Made by a program: the position numbers and the translations under genes. DNA of 64,000 nt from the human T2T-CHM13v2.0 reference genome, Homo sapiens. The stretch lies in assembly GCF_009914755.1 (NCBI RefSeq), contig NC_060929.1. One strand, given 5' to 3'. The notes under the pieces are model-generated. The model ran no database searches. It was not told the DNA's origin and worked only from the letters and a program-made list of their open reading frames with translations. This document shows, one piece after another, positions 59,454 to 64,000 of the stretch (the stretch's first letter is position 1; the number at the start of each line of letters is the position of its first letter).

Positions 59454-59800
59454 TGTGGCAGGCTGAATAATGGCCCTTTCTCCCCCATAAAATCAAGTTA
59501 AGGATCTTGAGATTGGGAGATTTTCTTGGATTATCTGGGTAAATTCAATGTAATTGAAAAGATCTTTATAAAAGGGAAGCAAGAAGGTCAAAGACAGAGG
59601 AGATGTGGTAGAATAATCAGAAGTTGGAGTAATGTTCTTTGAAGATGGAGGAGGGGCCCATGAGTCAAGGAACACAGGTGCCCTCTAGAAGCTGAAAGTG
59701 GCAAGAAAATAGATTCTCCCTTAAAGCCACCAGAATGAACACAGCACTGCCAAAACTGATTTTAACTGACATCCAGAACTGTAAGGAAGTAAATTCAGCA
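59454..59800 (+). mobile_element. MLT1D-like LTR (partial)
   Basis: tgtggcaggctgaataatggccc...ggattatctgggt...gaagatggaggaggggcc.atgag.caagga...ctctagaagctg...ccagaactgtaag. Confidence 0.88.
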
Positions 59801-59915
59801 TTTATGTTTTAACAGAAATTCATCTTTTAAAAAATAAAACCCAGGAGAATAGATAAAGGTCATGCATTCAGTATTGAGTCCAGATCAAAGATTTCTGGTT
59901 TTCAACTACTGCTAA

Positions 59916-60237
<322 letters not shown>

Positions 60238-61078
60238 GGAAAACATTTTTTTTACAATTTCATTTTAGTAAAAAATGCAATAGGCTCCCAGGGAGATGGG
60301 CAGCCACCATCACTGTAGATCCAATAGGCCATTTTCCCCTGCTAATGACTGGGAGAATGGACAGTTTGGACTGGGAGGCATTCCTCAGAGTGCAGCACAG
60401 TGGCTGTGGCAGATCGTAGCCAGACTGTTTCTTTGTGGGGATGGGGGTGTGTAGACCCATCCATCCCTCCTCATCAGCCAGGGCAGGAATTACAGCAACT
60501 CCAGCCAGGGGTTTATGAACAGAACTCTGATCTCCCTGGGATGGAGCCCTTGGGGGAAGGGGCAACTGCAGGGTCCAGTTCAGCAGACTTAGTCTTTCCC
60601 ACCTGCTGGCTCTGAGGAGACTGGGCAGTCCAGATGAGTGGAATTCCCCTGAGTGCAGTGCACCCACTCCATCAAGGGGCAGCCAATCTACTTCTTCAAG
60701 CAGCTCCTGATCCTGTGCCTACTGACTAGGTGAGACTCCCCCAGCAGGGGTCTCCAGACATCTCATACAGGAGAGTTCTGGCTGGCATCAGTTTGGTGCC
60801 CCCCCCGGGGCAGAGCTCCCAGAGGAAGGAGCAGGCAGCTATCTTTGCTGTTGTGCAACCTCCACTGGTGATACCTCCATGTAGTGTAGGGACCCAGGCA
60901 CACAGGGTCTGGAGTGGACCTCCAGCAAGCTTCATCAGCCCTGTGGAAGAGGGGCTTGACTGTTAAAAGAAAAACAAAGAAACAGAAAGCAACAACAACA
61001 ATATCAACAAAAAGACCCCCAAAAGCCTCATACAAAGGTCAGCAGCTTCAAAGATCAAAAGTAAATAAACCCACGAAG

Positions 61079-62070
61079 ATGCAACACAAAAACACTGAAA
61101 ATTCAAAAAGCCAGAGTGCCGCTTCTCCTCCAGATGATCACAACACCTCTCCAGCAAGGGCATAGAATTGGGCTGAGGCAGACATGGATGAATTGGCAGA
61201 AGTAGGCTTCAGAAAGTGGGTAATAATGAACACTGCTGAGCCCAAGGAGTATGTTCTAACCCAATGCAAAGAAGCTAAGAACCATGGTAAAACATTACAG
61301 GAGTTGTTAATCAGAATAACCAGTTTAGAGAGGAACATAAATGACCTGATAGAGCTTAAGAACTTCACAATGCAACCACGAGTATCAATAGCCAAATAGA
61401 CCAAGTAGAGGAGAGAATCTCAGAGCTTGAAGACTGTCCTGCTGAAGTAAGTTAGGGAGACAAGATTACAGAAAAGAGAATGAAAATTAATAAACAAAAC
61501 CTCCAAGAATTGTGGGATTATGTAAAAACACCAAACCTACAATGGATTGGGGTACCTGAAAGAGATGAGGACAACAAAACCAAGTTGGGAAACATACATC
61601 AGGGTATCTTACAGGATAATTTTCCCAACCTAAAAAGACAGGCCAACATTCAAATTCAGGAAATCCAGAGAACCCCAGTAAGATACTCCATGAGATCAAC
61701 CCCAAGACATATAATCATCAGATTTTCCAAAGTTAAAATGACAGAAAAAATGTTAAGGGCAGCCAGAAAAAAAAGGTGAGGTCTCCTACAAAGGGAAGCC
61801 CATCAGACTAACAGTGGACCTCAGTGAAAACAAGCCAGAAGAGATTGGGGGACAATGTTCAACATTCTTAAAGAAACTAATATCCAACCCAAAATTTCAT
61901 ATCCAGCCAAACTAAGCTTAATAAGGGAAGGAGAAATAAAATCCTTTCCGGACAAGCAAATGCTAAAGGAATTCATCACCACCAGGCCTGCTCTGCAAGA
62001 GTTCCTGAAGGAAGTACTGAATATGGAAAGGAAAAACCATTACAGCCACTACAAAAACACACTGAAGAAT
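61079..62070 (+). pseudogene. Disrupted L1 ORF1p (RNA-binding chaperone)
   Basis: Fragments MDELAEVGFRKWVI, NLQELWDYVK.PNL..IGVPE, RHIIIRFSKV, ISYPAKLS...GEIKSFPDKQMLKEFITTRPALQE, broken by stops and frameshifts. Confidence 0.92.
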
Positions 62071-62136
62071 ACAGACCAATGACACTATGAAGCAACCACG
62101 TTAACAAGTCTGCTAAATTAACTAGCCAGCGTCATG

Positions 62137-63695
62137 ATGACAGGATCAAATTCACACATAGCAATATTGACCTTAAATGTAAATGGGCTAAATGCCCCCA
62201 ATTAAAAGACACAGAATGGCAAGTTGAATAGGGTCAAGACCCATCAGTGTGCTGTATTCAAGAGACTCATCTCATGTGCAAAGGCACACATAGGCTCAAA
62301 ATAAAGGGATGGAGGAAAATTTAGCAAGCAAATGGAAAGCAGAAAAAAGCAGGGGTTGTAATCCTAGTTTCTGACAAAACAGACTTTAAGCCAACAAAGA
62401 TCAAAAAAGATGAAGGGCATGACATAATGGCAAAGGGTTCAATTCAACAAGAAGAGTAACTATCCTAAGTATATATGCACTCAATACAGGAGCACCTAGA
62501 TTTATAAAACAATTGCTTAGAGACCTTCAAAGGGACTTAGATTCCTATGCAATAATAGTGGAAGACTTTAGCACCCCACTGTCAATATTAGACAAATCAT
62601 CGAGATAGAAAATTAACAAAGATATTCAGGACTTGAACTCAGCTCTGAATCAAGTGGACCTGATAGATACCTACAGAACTCTGCATCCCTAAACAACAGA
62701 ATATACATTCTTCTAGGTGCCACATGTCACTTACTCTAAAATTGATCACATAATTGGAAGTAAACCACTCCTCAGCAAGTGCAAAAGAACTGAAATCATA
62801 ACAGTCTCTCAGACTACAATGCAATTAAATTGGAACTCAAAATTAAGAAACTCACTCAAAACCACACAACTACATGGAAATTGAATAACCTGCTGCTGAA
62901 TAACTCTGGGTAAATAAAGAAATTAAGGCAGAAATCAAGAAGTTCTTTCAAATGAATGAGAACAAAGAAACAGTATACCAGAATCTCTGGGACACAGCTA
63001 AAGCAGTGTTAAGAGGGAAATTTATAACACAAAATCCCCATATCAGAAACCTAGAAAGATCTCAAATCGACATCCTCACATCACAACTAAAAGAAATAGA
63101 GTACCAAGAGCAAACACAACCCAAAGCTAACAGAAGATAAGAAATAACCTGGATCAGAGTGGAACTGAAAGAGATAGAAATATGAAAAACCCTTCAAAAA
63201 TTACCAAATCCTGGAGCTGTTTTTTTGAAAAAATTAATAAAATAGAAGACCACTAGCTAGATTAATAAAAAAGAGAGAAGAATCAAATAGACACAATAAA
63301 AAATTTTAAAGGAGATAGCACCACAGACTCTACAGAAATACAAACAACCATCAGAGAATTCTATGAATCCCTCTACGCAAATAAACTAGAAAATCTAGAA
63401 GACAGGGATAAATTCCTGGACACATACACCCTTCCAAGACTGAATCAGGAGGAAGTTAAATCCCTGAATAGACCAATAACTAGTTCTGAAATCGAGGCAG
63501 TAATAAATAGCCTACCAACCAAAAAAAGCCCAAGACAAGAAGGATTTACAGCTGTGTACTACCAGAGGTAAAAAGAGGAGCTATTACCATTTCTTCTGAA
63601 ACTATTTCCAACAATTGAAAAGAAGGGACTCCTTCCTAACTCCTTTTATGAGGCCAGTATCATCCTGATAAGAAAACCTTGAAGAGATACAAAAA

Positions 63696-63727
<32 letters not shown>

Positions 63728-64000
63728 CATCAGGCCAATATACCTAATGAACATCAGTGCAAAAATCCTCAAAAGAAAAACTACTGGCAAACTGAATACA
63801 GCATCATATCCAAAAGCTTATCCACCATGATCAAGCTGACTTCATTCCTGGGATGCAAGGCTGGTTCAACATACGCAAATCAATAAACGTCACTTATTAC
63901 ATACACAGAACTAAAGACAAACACCACGTTTATCTCAATAGATGCAGAAAAGGCCTCTGATAAAATTCACATCACTTCATGTTAACAACTCTCAATAAAA
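62137..64000 (+). pseudogene. Disrupted L1 ORF2p (endonuclease and start of reverse transcriptase)
   Basis: ATGACAGGATCAAAT encodes MTGSNSHIAILTLNVNGLNAP, then a frameshift; [17 protein letters not shown]; RT-region text (cctgggatgcaaggctggttcaac, atagatgcagaaaaggcc). Confidence 0.92.

Larger units (their letters stand above)
60282..64000 (+). mobile_element. Long old primate L1 (about L1PA10-L1PA16/L1PREC2): partial 5'UTR, ORF1, ORF2; runs off the window end
   Basis: GC-rich UTR (gggtctggagtggacctccagca), ORF1 peptides in the ORF track, ORF2 start MTGSNSHI. Confidence 0.93.

Noticed and set aside
60260-61035. Antisense ORFs in the L1 5'UTR (possible ORF0)
   Set aside because: ORF0 is described for younger L1PA families; no recognisable ORF0 peptide or splice donors here

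Overview
This is AT-rich, CpG-depleted primate genomic DNA, most likely human or another catarrhine, because AluY, AluS, AluJ, L1PA, THE1 and MER4-group elements are present. I see no protein-coding exon, CpG island, RNA gene or CRISPR array, so the window looks like deep intronic or intergenic sequence. The host locus cannot be named from sequence alone. The supplied ORFs are almost all Alu, L1 or LTR read-through, or chance ORFs; the only real coding remnants are the disrupted ORF1 and ORF2 of an old primate L1 at 60.3-64 kb. The main features are 22 Alus, L1/L2/MIR/CR1 relics, MER58B and MER5 DNA transposons, and THE1C, MLT1 and LTR16 LTRs. A near-complete MLT1 (MaLR) provirus at 44.4-49.3 kb carries three nested ERV1 solo LTRs and two Alus. 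Also worth a second look are several repeat-free blocks with dense TF-motif clusters or strong splice signals (3.4-5.2 kb, 39-43 kb), a 312-bp pure-AT palindromic array at 50.6-50.9 kb, and an orphan L1 5'UTR. I found no convincing new biological system. Repeat subfamily calls come from remembered consensus sequences, and the edges of old elements are approximate.
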